DNA of 64,000 bases, from positions 126,382,751 through 126,446,750 of the forward strand of contig NC_068984.1 of assembly GCF_001194135.2 (NCBI RefSeq), in the 5' to 3' direction. Numbering within the stretch: the stretch's first letter is position 1; each line of letters starts with the position of its first letter. The position numbers and the translations under genes were made by a program. Positions 49,339 to 61,810 of this stretch are shown here, one piece after another. Below the pieces are notes generated by a model, which saw only the letters and a program-made list of their open reading frames with translations, was not told the DNA's origin and searched no databases. This DNA comes from Octopus bimaculoides. Taxonomy: Eukaryota.

Positions 49339-50079
49339 ATTTATAAACACTATATGTATTCTGTTGTGTAGTTTATTCCTCTTTAGCATTTATTTGTAGT
49401 TATTAATATATCTTTCCTTGATTATATTGATTATATTTTAGCTTTTAAGAGGAATGCAAAATTTTTTCAGTTGATGTTGTACATCTCAGTGTTGAAACCA
49501 ATAAAGGAGAAAACAACAAAACTGTGTATGTGTGTGTGTGTGTGTGTGTGTGTAGGATGTATAAGAAAAAGAGTGCGGGGGTGCAAAATCGAATCCTGAA
49601 GCACATTAAGATTTAATATCATCTCTTACTGTCAATATATTTCCAGTGACTTAAATGACCTTTCAATAACAGAACAATTACACCAATTATTATTAAAAAT
49701 CCTTTTAATATACCAGATAAAATGTAATTTCATATTTTCTCATATATAACATCCATGTTTAAAAAATGGATTAACATAATCATCATCATGATCACATCCC
49801 ATCCAAACCAACATTAATAAACTTCAATTATAATAATGTGTCAACATGTGGTATTTTGCCCCTTTTCATTAGCTATTTCCTAATGAAGTCTGTCATTAGT
49901 AAGGCCTATCATATATCTGCAAATGTTACTTTTAATAAACCATGATTGTTGCTGAAAATGAATTAAAATTTTCAGCCAAGCAGAAAATTCTGTGATCTTT
50001 GATTATATCATACAGTTGCCATGGCTCCTCTCTTAATATTTGCGCACCTTGTTTTAGCTTTACTTACTCATAAATTTGC

Positions 50080-50273
50080 CAGTCATTGGACTGCAGCCAT
50101 TCTGGGGAACCACCTTAAGGGGCTTAATTGAACAAATTAACTCCAGTACTTGTTTTTTTAAAGTTTGGTGTTTATTCTATTGGTCACTTTTGCTGGACTG
50201 TTAAGTTACAAGGGTGCAAACAAACCAACATCAGTTGCCAAGTGGTGAAGGGGGACAAACATAACAAACATGA

Positions 50274-50333
<60 letters not shown>

Positions 50334-50530
50334 NNNNNNNNNNNNNNNNNNNNNNNNNNNNNNNNNNNNNNNNNNNNNNNNNNNNNNNNNNNNNNNNNNN
50401 NNNNNNNNNNNNNNNNNNNNNNNNNNNNNNNNNNNNNNNNNNNNNNNNNNNNNNNNNNNNNNNNNNNNNNNNNNNNNNNNNNNNNNNNNNNNNNNNNNNN
50501 NNNNNNNNNNNNNNNNNNNNNNNNNNNNNN

Positions 50531-50572
<42 letters not shown>

Positions 50573-50705
50573 TCTACCAAATCCACTAATAAGGTTTTGG
50601 TCAGCCTGGAGCTATAATAGAAGACACTTGCTCAAGGTACTATGCAATGGGACTGAACCCAAGGCAACATGGTTGGGAAGCAAGCTCTTAACCACCTAAC
50701 CAGGC
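50080..50705 (-). mobile_element. SINE family A, gap in hinge
   Basis: 3' module 50080-50275; head 50570-50705. Confidence 0.75.
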
Positions 50706-50743
50706 TTTACTCTTGATAAATATGGTACAGGATCAGTGTCTTG

Positions 50744-51330
50744 TTAAAATATTCCTGATATAAACTTTTCACTTGCATCAGTTGTCAAGGTAACCTCTTT
50801 TTTGACATCGTAAATCCAGAATGCTGGCTTTGATAGTAACATGAGTTTTATATCCTCACAAGCCTTTCGTTGCTGAACTCCCTTACAAGTATAGGACATT
50901 GCATTTACAAAATGATACATGTGGCAATATACTGTCTGAATTATGATAAATAAATCTATAGAGAAATGAACAAATCCAATAAAAAAAAAATTGTATTTGC
51001 TTCTTATCCTTTGGTGGTTTTTATATCCATCGATCTTACTACAAAATGATAATCTTGTGACATACCCTCTTTTGCCAATCTGTAACTCGAAAAAGGGCAA
51101 TCCCTCAGTCTCTAATACTGCCATAGTTTAATTTATCATTAAGTCTCATAATTCCAACCTTTTTATGATGTCATATAACTTCATATGTAGACTCTCAACT
51201 GTTTTAGTAACCAATGTATGCATCATTTTCAACCATAACAACATTATCAATGTCATTTACAACAGCATTTTGGTCTTTGAAATATAGCATTGGATATTTT
51301 AATGTAAGACACATTCATCTTAAAAATACA
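50744..51330 (-). pseudogene. Ty3/Gypsy pol remnant (RT C-terminus to RNase H start)
   Basis: QQRKACEDIKLMLLSKPAFWIYDVKKEVTLTTDASEKFISGI resembles the Gypsy RT-RH connector ending in DAS. Confidence 0.7.
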
Positions 51331-51384
51331 CTGGTGTTATGTATTGTAATTTCTCTTACTTTAGAATTCATTTCTTTTTGGTAA

Positions 51385-51965
51385 TTTGGTTAAAAATTTT
51401 GCTTCCCAGCCTTGTGGTTTCAGGTTCGGTCCCACTGTGTGGTACCTTGGGCAAATGTTTTCTTTTATAGCCCTGAGTCAGTCAAAACCTTGTGAGTGGA
51501 TTTGGTTGACAGAAACTGAAAGAAACCCATAGTATATATGAGAGAGTGCTGAAAAAAGTTGCTGGTTTTGAGTAAAAGAAAATACAGAAGGATCAGTTAA
51601 TAATGATTTTATTCAACATTTCCTTTCTCAGGTTTACACACTTATTGTAGAGATCCATCAGTTTTCCTAAGCTCTTTAAAAGAACTTGGAAATTTGTGCC
51701 TCCAACTAGGCCTTTCGCAATACCCTTAAAGCCAGGAACTTCTCAGCACCCTTGCATATGTGTGTGTGTGTGTGACTGTGTTTGTGTTTGTCCCCTATCA
51801 CCACTTGACAACTGGTGTTGGTTTGATTACGTCCCCCATAACTGATAGAATAAGCATCAGACTTAAATACAACTAAGTGCTAGAAGTTGATTTGTTCAAC
51901 TAAAACTCATGAAGTTGGTGCTCCAGCATGGCTGCAGCCCCATGACTAAAACAGATAAAAGATAT
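51385..51965 (+). mobile_element. SINE family A with a mariner MITE in the hinge
   Basis: Head 51385-51535; 3' module 51760-51965. Confidence 0.75.
51538..51758. mobile_element. Mariner-derived MITE
   Basis: ATGAGAGAGTGCTGAAAAAAGTTGCTGGTTTT ... AAAGCCAGGAACTTCTCAGCACCCTTGCATA are inverted termini in a TA context. Confidence 0.7.
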
Positions 51966-52087
51966 ATATGTATATATATATATATATACAGATATAGGGC
52001 AGGGAATCGTCAATTAGTAATAAAATTAATAATTAACAATTTTGCCAAGTAGTTCAGTATGAAAAAACCTTTATCGGTAAAACCATT

Positions 52088-52563
52088 TATAATCATAAAT
52101 ATACAGGGATTAGCAAGAGTTGCTTCTCCAACATACTGAAATTTTAGAAATAGCAGTCAAAGAACTACTGATTCCAAACTACAAATTTTTTTCTCTAACG
52201 GATGGCGATATTTATGGCATGTGTGCCATAAATATCGCCATCCGTTAGAGAACTACTGNNNNNNNNNNNNNNNNNNNNNNNNNNNNNNNNNNNNNNNNNN
52301 NNNNNNNNNNNNNNNNNNNNNNNNNNNNNNNNNNNNNNNNNNNNNNNNNNNNNNNNNNNNNNNNNNNNNNNNNNNNNNNNNNNNNNNNNNNNNNNNNNNN
52401 NNNNNNNNNNNNNNNNNNNNNNNNNNNNNNNNNNNNNNNNNNNNNNNNNNNNNNNNNNNNNNNNNNNNNNNNNNNNAGTTTGGAATCAGTAGTTCTTTGA
52501 CTGCTATTTCTAAAATTTCAGTATGTTGGAGAAGCAACTCTTGCTAATCCCTGTATATTTATG

Positions 52564-52569
<6 letters not shown>
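52088..52569. repeat. Long palindrome spanning an assembly gap
   Basis: 52088-52180 is the reverse complement of 52477-52569; inner perfect 29-bp hairpin 52191-52219 / 52224-52252. Confidence 0.9.
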
Positions 52570-52604
<35 letters not shown>

Positions 52605-52606
<2 letters not shown>

Positions 52607-52960
52607 CAAGTGAGTGAGAGCTTCACAGAGATGATGACAAGCGACTGAGACTTTTCGTGATATGCTGTGCTTGGAAAGACTCATCAAGCCAAGTGAAATC
52701 TTAGTTGTGGCCGATGCTGGTGCCATGTATATTGGCATCCATGCTGGTCGTACATGAAAGCACCCGTGTTAGTGGCATGTTAAAAGCATCCATTACACAC
52801 TTAGGGGTTGGTGTTAGGAAGGGCATCCAACTGTAGAACCTATGCCAAACCAGACTGGAACCTGGTGCAGCTCTCTGGCTCACCAGTTCCAGTCAAACCA
52901 GCTAATCCATCCCAGAATGGAAAGCAGACTCTACATGATGATGATGATGATGATGATGAT
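52605..52960 (+). mobile_element. RTE-LINE ORF end + 3' UTR
   Basis: FTEMMTSD*DF..YAVLGKTHQAK* followed by family B UTR and (GAT)n. Confidence 0.75.
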
Positions 52961-52974
52961 GTTTGTGTGTGTGT

Positions 52975-53216
52975 GTGCCTTTTTGTCTTGACACCATATG
53001 ATAGTTGTAAGTAAGTATCACTTTCACACAAGTGGTGTTGTTCATTTCCAATTGTCCATGGAAACATGTCTGGTCATGGGGGAAATATTAAGTTGCTCGG
53101 AAACAAGCCTGAAGATTGGTGACAGGCAGAACATCTTGCTGTAAAAAATTCCGTCTCACCCATGCAAGCATAGAAAAGTAGATGTTAAAATGATGATGAT
53201 GATGATGATGATGATG
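52975..53216 (+). mobile_element. B-variant SINE tail
   Basis: TTGTCTTGACACCATATGATAG...GCATAGAAAAGTAGATGTTAAAA(TGA)n. Confidence 0.7.
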
Positions 53217-53749
53217 AAAGTGGTGTGACCTCCTCCTCTTCCTCCTCCTCCTCCTCTTCCTCCTCCTCCTCCTCTTCCTCCTCCTCCNNNNNNNNNNNNN
53301 NNNNNNNNNNNNNNNNNNNNNNNNNNNNNNNNNNNNNNNNNNNNNNNNNNNNNNNNNNNNNNNNNNNNNNNNNNNNNNNNNNNNNNNNNNNNNNNNNNNN
53401 NNNNNNNNNNNNNNNNNNNNNNNNNNNNNNNNNNNNNNNNNNNNNNNNNNNNNNNNNNNNNNNNNNNNNNNNNNNNNNNNNNNNNNNNNNNNNNNNNNNN
53501 NNNNNNNNNNNNNNNNNNNNNNNNNNNNNNNNNNNNNNNNNNNNNNNNNNNNNNNNNNNNNNNNNNNNNNNNNNNNNNNNNNNNNNNNNNNNNNNNNNNN
53601 NNNNNNNNNNNNNNNNNNNNNNNNNNNNNNNNNNNNNNNNNNNNNNNNNNNNNNNNNNNNNNNNNNNNNNNNNNNNNNNNNNNNNNNNNNNNNNNNNNNN
53701 NNNNNNNNNNNNNNNNNNNNNNNNNNNNNNNNNNNNNNNNNNNTTCAGC

Positions 53750-54250
53750 TAAATAATTCATGTCAGAAGGAGACTGAAATATCAATTTAGCATTTTGAAT
53801 TAGACAAGAATCCAAACAAATTCTTTCATTTGCACATATTTAATAGTCTTTATATTTTCCGAGATCTCCATTCACCTTTCTACACTACAACTAAACAAAT
53901 AATTCTTTTACTCCCACCAGGACGAACCTTTTCTAAAAGACTTCTATTAATTAGTTTCATCAGTTTCATTACGACTAATGGTTTAATGTTTATTGGCAAT
54001 GATCTCGCTTCAAAATAACATGACCTGATATTCCCCTTGAGAAGAATTAAATCATCTAAATATTCCAAATTGTCCTGGAACTTCCACCTCATGACTTGAT
54101 ATTGAACTGACAGCATTTATTAATTTATCAGAAACATACCAAGGAATTTATGATTTTAATATATTTATTTATTGCATTCAGCAACAATAGCGGTTTCAGT
54201 ATTGACTCTCTTTTTTCTTATCAGTTTCAATTAATGCACCAAACTTCTCC
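53750..54250 (-). pseudogene. Ty3/Gypsy pol remnant (RH-integrase linker)
   Basis: FQDNLEYLDDLILLKGNIR resembles the RDELS..DGLILKGNR linker; CLDSCLIQ may be an integrase zinc-finger remnant. Confidence 0.45.
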
Positions 54251-54299
54251 TCAAAATTTCAGTATGTGATCTATCAAATTATTTTAGTCTTAGATTAGT

Positions 54300-54683
54300 G
54301 GGATCAAGTTCACTTTCCAACCATGTGGTTTCAAGTTCAATCTTACTACATGTTACTTTGGGCAAATATCTTCTGCTATAGTCCCAGACTGACCAAGGCC
54401 TTGTGAGTGGATTTGGAAGATGGAAACTGAAACAAACTCATCATATATATATATATATCTATATATATATAATACACACATACATACATACATGTGACTT
54501 GATAAAAGACTGAGGTCATGAAAAGTTTTTAGTTGATCAAATTCATTCCAGTACTTTTTGTGTTTTCAAAAACCTGGTATCTATTCTGTTGGTCTCTTTT
54601 GCCAAACTGCTAAGTTATGAGGGCATAAATAAAACTAGCATTAGTTGTCAAGCAGTGGTGGGGGACAAATATAGATACAAAGA

Positions 54684-54729
<46 letters not shown>

Positions 54730-55250
54730 GAGCGTTTTGCAGTTTCCATCTACTCATAAGGTTTTGGTCGACCTTAGGCTATAGTAGAAGACACTTGTCC
54801 AAGGTGCCATGCAGTGGAACTGAACATGGAACCATATGGTTGGGAAGAAACCTTTCTTACCACGTGTGTGTCTGTGTGAATGAGTTTGTATTTCCCTTCA
54901 AGTTCTTGTGTGTTCTCTCACTGGTTGTAAATAATGCTTTCACTGATGGTGTTGTTTGCTTGCAGTCCACCACAAGATCATGTCTGGGCTTCATGACATG
55001 TCTTGATGTGTTGTATGATCTTTGTAAACAAAAGGCTCATTCATGCAGTGTTGTTTCTTTCTTGTTTTTCCCGTAAACATGTCTGAACCATTTGTACTTC
55101 AATAGATTGGATGATTATTACCTCACCTGGAAACAAGTGGGAGTTGGTGTCAAGAAGGGCATCTGGCTGTAGAAAACTCTTCCCAAGTATACTCTCATTT
55201 GACCCATACAAGCGTGAAAAAGTAGATGTTAAAATGATGATGATGATAAT
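54300..55250 (+). mobile_element. Chimeric SINE (A head + B-variant tail) interrupted by an opposite-strand A copy
   Basis: Head 54300-54440, inserted A(-) about 54495-54865, tail 54870-55250. Confidence 0.65.
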
Positions 55251-55427
55251 AATCAGACATGTTTAAGTTTGGTTTATTCACATCCATCCAGAAATCCATC
55301 GATTACTTGACTCTCAGTGTCAACTTGCCTTTTAAGCATTAACATTATTTAGTTTTACATTGATCATTGTAGATTCTCGATTCCAGTTTCATTAACACTT
55401 GCTGGATCTTCACTTTTTTCACTCCCC

Positions 55428-56050
55428 TCAACCTATTTTTGTCGATTTGCATAATGCCTGAAAGTGATTCTTTTTTCCATGCTTAATACAACTTTTACCA
55501 AATGCACAACAATTATATGGTGTATGTTTATCTTCACAAAAGTGGCATTTAGAATCAAATTTATACCTGTTTCTATTAACATATGACACAATGATATCAT
55601 CAAGATCACTCTTATTTTCTTCTATTTTTGTTGTTGTTTCTGCTATCAGAAATTTAGAAATCATTTCACGCTGTTGAATGAATTCAATGCATGCATTAAG
55701 CTTCAGATCACTTGATTGAAGATATTCTAATGCTTTTACATGATGCTTAGTTGATGGCATGCCATCAGTGAGTCATATCATCTTTGCATGCCATCCTTCA
55801 GCTCCAATTTTTTTTTTTCAGATTCACAAAAACGAGCTAACTTGTGTAATAACCTTTTAATTGATTTGTCAGATTTCAATGTTGCGATAAGAATCTGACC
55901 CTTTCAGCAATTATCATTTCTTTGAGGGGTGAATCGTTGACATCATTGCAGATCTTATACCAATAAAATTCATTTCCTCAAGTTCTAATGGTTTCACCAT
56001 TGTAGAAGTTTTTCATGTGGCCATCATACCTGTTATGATTAAAAACAAAT
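55428..56050 (-). pseudogene. Ty3/Gypsy gag remnant with tandem zinc knuckles
   Basis: CHFCEDKHTPYNCCAFGKSCIKHGKKNHFQALCKS matches the CxxC..H....CPAxGKxCxxCGKxNHF..VC gag pattern. Confidence 0.75.
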
Positions 56051-56069
56051 CTGTTAATTGCTTGACATC

Positions 56070-56290
56070 ATGGTGAGCTGGTGGAATCGTTACCATGTCA
56101 GACAAAATACTCAGCATCATTCCTTCCATCTTTATGTTCTGAGTTCAAATGCTCTTAAGGTGAACTTTGCCTTTTAACCCTTTGGGCTTTATAAAATAAA
56201 TATACTTTATAAAATAAAGCACTGTGTTTGGTATGAATGACTAGCTTCCTCCCCAAACTTCAGACCTTGTGTCCTGCTGTAGACAGAAAT
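56070..56290 (+). mobile_element. SINE family C
   Basis: GGTGAGCTGGTGGAATCGTT...TTCTGAGTTCAAATG. Confidence 0.7.
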
Positions 56291-57224
56291 ATTATCTAGA
56301 AGCTTTTTGTTCTTGTAACAGCAAAGTGTTACAGTCATGCCTCTAGTTTATTTGGGTTCACAAATGGAACGTCATTATTAGCAGCTCATGACACTGTTGT
56401 TATGTCAGTGTAATTACTCATCATCCTGTAATCATACAAGATGATGTTTATTTAACAGCAATTATTTTTCTTATTGATGATATTAAATTGCTCCTATAAC
56501 GAGCCTAATAAATACATACCAAATCAAGTCTAATAATGTAGTCCTACTGTAAAGTGTTTATTCAGTTAGTCATCGTCATACAAAGTCATTTATCTCTGGA
56601 AGCTTCACACAACATAGTCAAGCTCTCTAACATTGAATTGTTAAACATTTTAATGCAGTCTTGATTACATGACCATTAGATGGAGTCACATGGTGTAGAA
56701 AAGCATGTAAAATACATGCAGTTCTACAACAATATTAGTATAACCATGATATCACAAAGAAATAATAACAACCAAAAGAAACTGAAAAGGTAATGGATAA
56801 AAATGAAAAGGACATTGTAGCAACTACACACACCATAAATAGAGAGTGTATAGCTATTGTGTTCTCTATAGTTACATAAATAATGTTACTCTGAAGCTTT
56901 TCTTAAAGTAATTCAGAATCATACAAAAACTAGTGAATAAACAAATGTAAACCATATTATAGCATAGCATTTGGTTTAATGGAATTATAAAGGTTATAGA
57001 GAGGTCTTTTCTATGTAGGATTAAATTCTGACAAAAAGTAATGATTAATTAAAGTAGTAAAACCAGATTGCAAAAATACTTATTGTTGGCAATTTGAATT
57101 TCACCAAGAACAAGTATATGCATGCATCATTGCATGTGCATAACACACACGTGCGCACACGCACACACACACACAATCATCATCATTTAATGTCCGTTTT
57201 CCATGCTGGTATGGGTTGGATGCT

Positions 57225-57357
57225 GATGATATATATGTATATATATATATATATGTATATATATATGTATATATATATATATGTATATATATATATGTAT
57301 ATATATATATATGTATATATATATATGTATATATATATATGTATATATATATATATG

Positions 57358-57441
<84 letters not shown>
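57225..57441. repeat. (TA)n / (TA)nTG microsatellite
   Basis: Direct reading. Confidence 0.95.
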
Positions 57442-57448
<7 letters not shown>

Positions 57449-57474
57449 AAAAGAAAAAACTGTCCAGCCACACC

Positions 57475-57870
57475 ATATCATCATCATCATCATCATTTAA
57501 TGTCCACTTTCTATGCTGGCATGGGTTAGACGATTTGACTGGAACTAGTAAGTCAGAGGGCTGCACCAGGTGTCAGTCAGATCTGGCATGAGTTCTGTGG
57601 CTGGCATGGTTTCTTCCTAACACCGACCACTCTGAGCAGTCTGATTTGGCATGGTTTCTACAGCTGGATGCCTTTCCTAATATCAACCACTCTGAGAGTG
57701 TACCCAATTACACTCTCAGAGTGGTTCGTGCTAGGAAGAGCATCCAGCCATTGAAACCATGCCAAATCAGATTGGAACCTGGTGCAGTCCTCTGGTTCAC
57801 CAGTTCAGTCAAACCATCTAACCCATGCCAGCATGGAACACAGACATTAAATGATGATGATGATGATGAC
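57475..57870. mobile_element. Cluster of family B ends forming a head-to-head inversion
   Basis: B(-) 57475-57635, B(-) 57641-57702, B(+) 57709-57870. Confidence 0.8.
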
Positions 57871-58034
57871 ATGGTGAGGGTAGACAGTTTTTCTTGTACA
57901 CAGGTATTAAAATCTTGACTGTTTCTAGTTTTATCTCTTTTCATGTTAAAGATTTACCTATTTTTATTGAAGTTTCTTGTAAGTTGTTGTGTCTTGCGAG
58001 TCTTTAGTGTACATTGCTGGAACTGGGAATGGCT

Positions 58035-58277
58035 TCAAAAAGCTGCAGAATTGGCAGCCGACAGATGTGCATAGACCACTTGAGCCTGTGACATGGTGAA
58101 CTCAATAGGAGCCGACTTAACCCCTCTTGGGTAAATGCTATTACAAAACAAGAGACAAGACAATTTGTTGCGACTAGTAAAATCCATTATCAACATTTCT
58201 TGGCTGTCAGTATTCTGGGCAAAAAGAGTTTTCACATAAAATTCTAGCTCTTTGAGTAACTCTTGTGTTTTTCCCAT
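58035..58277 (-). pseudogene. Possible Ty3/Gypsy RT remnant
   Basis: IYPRGVKSAPIEF resembles the RT motif LPFGIKSAPEEF. Confidence 0.4.
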
Positions 58278-58334
58278 GGCCAGACATATTTTTCACAATA
58301 GATTGAAAATGAGTAATGTGATGTCAAGACAAAG

Positions 58335-58387
<53 letters not shown>

Positions 58388-59299
58388 TTTACATGATAGG
58401 CTTGTATGTGTGTAATTGACAGACACACACACACAATCATACGTTCTTATATAACATAAGTGTTTGTATATTTGTGTATAGTATGACGAAACTAGGAAGT
58501 GTCATGAGTTTGACAACACTACATGTTGATGACATCACTCCAATAAAGTCACAAACACATAGAGGATAACAACCTCAATAAAAGAATTAGGCTCTGAACT
58601 CAAATCTGTTAAGAGAGTAGAGTACCTGGTGAGTTGTAAACTATACATATATACATAACATTAAAAGTTCTCAAAGATAAATTTCAACTCAAATGCTGTC
58701 TTATAACTCCTATTAAAAGTGATTTGAGTAAAATCAATAATATCATATAAGATTTGATTACCTCTAGAATGCAACAAGCCACAAATCCACCCCTTTGAAA
58801 TAATAGTAGCACCTCAGTCAGAAAGTGCTTTAATGACATCAAATGTAACTTTAAATTTATACAATTTGATATTATAGAACTTTACTCTTCCATTACTAAA
58901 TCACTTTTGCAAAAAGCCTTACATTTCAGTTGTAGATTGATCACAGTTTGCATCATAGGCATAACATAATTATGCATGTTAGATACTCCTTTTTTTATGA
59001 CTCATTTGGCATCAAATGTAGTTGTATAGACTATTCAACATCTTTTGTTAGTTTCTTTGATGAAATAGGTAAACAGATTTATTCATCCTGAACTCCAGAC
59101 AAAATTTCACCCTCTAAAGATTAACCAAGATGATCAACTAATAAATAATATCTCAAAACAAGAATGCACCTCACTAAAATAAGATTGCATCCTTTAACAA
59201 ATCAATTGAGCTTAGAAAACTTAATTGATATGTTGAAAGACATTAACTCCAGAACCTCTGTTAACACCAACACCAGTATTGTTAATTTCTTACATATAA

Positions 59300-59516
59300 T
59301 CTTGATTTCAAATTTTGGCTCAAGGCCAGCAATTTTGGAGAAGGGGCTAAATTGATTACATCAACCCCTGTGCTCAACTGGTACTTATTTTATCAGCCCT
59401 GAATGGGTGAAAAGCAAAGTCAATCTTGGCAGCATTTGAACTCAGAATGTAAAAATGGGAGAAATACTGCTATGCATTTTGCCCAGCATGCTAATGATTC
59501 TGCCAGCTCACTGCCT
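59300..59516 (-). mobile_element. SINE family C, full length
   Basis: GATTTCAAATTTTGGCTCAAGGCC...TTCTGCCAGCTCACTGCCTT. Confidence 0.85.
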
Positions 59517-60229
59517 TATATATAATCTTACACATAATCTAAGACTTAAATTCTAGAAAACGTAACCCATACAAAAATCTCACTGATGCTTAAAAATATA
59601 TTAACATATGCCTCCTTCACCTTCTTACTATTCAAAAAGCATGATTAAGGAATCCCTGCTATATTGTCATTTTATTGGTCTGCCTATTATTTTAATGAAA
59701 CATTACAAAGAAGTAAGTTTAAAGGAAAAGTACATTACATATAAAAAGAGACCACTGTAAATACATGCAAAAATAGTAAACAAAAAAAAAAGCAATCATA
59801 GTTCAACCTACCATTGAGCTATATGATCTTCACATGGTTCAATCCACCCTTCAGCTTAAATGCTAGTTCTAATATCACCTGATCTCTTCTACACCTAAAA
59901 AAGAAATATTTCCCCAATGGATTGTAAATTCAAAAAGATCTTTAAGAAAAACACTGTCAGTAGTAGCTACAGATGCTCTGACAATTTTGTTGCTTCTATA
60001 TACAGAAAAATCTAACACACCCAAATACACAAAATTTAACCTCTTGAATAACTGCCATAACAACAATACTTGCCTACTTAACAGTAAAAGCTTAAAATAT
60101 AGTATATTGTATGAAGATCTCTGATCAAAACAATAGGGATGCAAAACATTAGATCAGTTTGCAGGAAATATCTTTAAAACAGCATATAAGTGGCATAGTT
60201 TTTCACTCATACACAAAGAAATAATCCTC

Positions 60230-60324
60230 TCTAAATATATATATGTATATATATGTATATGCATATGTATGTACATATATGTGTATACATACGTATATGT
60301 ATATATGTGTATACATATATATGC

Positions 60325-60369
<45 letters not shown>

Positions 60370-60649
60370 TGTATATATATACATATTTGTGTGTACGTAT
60401 GTATGTTGTGTATATTTGTGTATGTATGGATGTGTGTATATATATATATATATGTGCATGTGTGATTGCATGTATCCTTATATGTCTGTATGTATGCATA
60501 TATGTGTATGTATGCATATACATGTGTGTACATGTTTGTGTATGTATGTGTGTACGTATGTATGCATATACGTATGTGTACGTATATGTGTACATGTGTG
60601 CATATATGTGTGTGTATGCATAATATATACTTACATACACATTTGTGTA

Positions 60650-60690
<41 letters not shown>

Positions 60691-61010
60691 GCATGCCTAT
60701 GTAAGGGCTTGGATGTGCATGTATACATTCACATACCCTTGCATAAGCATAGACATACAAGCATATATTCCATATATATTTACATATATTTTCTGTCATA
60801 CATTTTCCAGTACTTCAAACACATTTTTGAATTGCATTCACTTTCTCCCTCACTTTCTCTCATACACACAGATATATGTACGTATTTGTGTGTGTGTATG
60901 TTTATTCACTCAAATCTGGGTGTTTTGTGCTTCTATGCAATCCTTTTCACAAATGCATGTATGTTTTTCACACATGCATATTTACATGTAACTGTATGAT
61001 GCTTTGACAA
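60230..61010. repeat. Long mixed (TA)/(TG)/(TATG) microsatellite field
   Basis: Direct reading. Confidence 0.9.
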
Positions 61011-61099
61011 TAAATCACCTTTATGGGATTTCAAATCTGAGAATTGTTATCTTGTGACTATAACTGTATTTTAAAAATTGATCCACAAGAATCCATTTC

Positions 61100-61380
61100 A
61101 CATCAACATTTAACGTCTGTTTACCATGCTGGCATGGGTTGGATGGTTTGACTGAAGCTGGCTAGCCAGAGAGTTGCACTACGCTCTGATTGTTTGTTTT
61201 GGCATGGTTTCTATGGCTGGATGCCTTTCATAATGCCAACCACTTTATAGAGTGTATTGAGTGTTCTTTACATGACACTGGCATGGGTGCTTTTTATGTG
61301 GTACCAGCATGGGTGCTTTTACATGTCACTAACACAGGTGCATCTAACATGACACCAGCACAGGTGCTTTTTATATGGTA
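61100..61380 (-). mobile_element. RTE-LINE 3' UTR (family B)
   Basis: CATTTTAACGTCTGTTTACCATGCTGGCATGGG...GGTGCTTTT repeats. Confidence 0.75.
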
Positions 61381-61810
61381 AGCTCTTCCTGAGAAACACA
61401 AAGCTCAGTTTGAGAAGTGTTATATATAAAACTTGAGCCCCAGAGTAACTAATGTTATAGTCACTTTGCACTGGTGTGAATTGTGACTGAGTGAAAAAAT
61501 ACTCAAGTATCATTAACAACAGTGGAATGACATTATTTATTCAGGACCAGGTATGAAAAACTGAGCAGGGACTCAAGCAGACTGAAATTTGAATAATGTT
61601 CTACACCAAGGATGTGCAACCATTTTTGAGATGTGTGTCACAAAGGACATGGTTCATCATCAGATGTGCTGCACTACTAAAAAAACTGTTCTCATTCCTG
61701 CTCTCTGCATTTCATGACATATTTTGCTTCAGTTAATTATTTTTGTGAATTATCTTTGTACCTTGCCTGGGAATGAACTTATTAACCAATATCTTTAACT
61801 ACTATGCTAT

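Noticed and set aside
59875-60144. ORF as a Gypsy protease-RT junction
   Set aside because: Only vague resemblance; not strong enough to list as a feature.
57094-61000. Tyr/Ile/His-rich ORFs
   Set aside because: (TA)/(TG) microsatellite translations.
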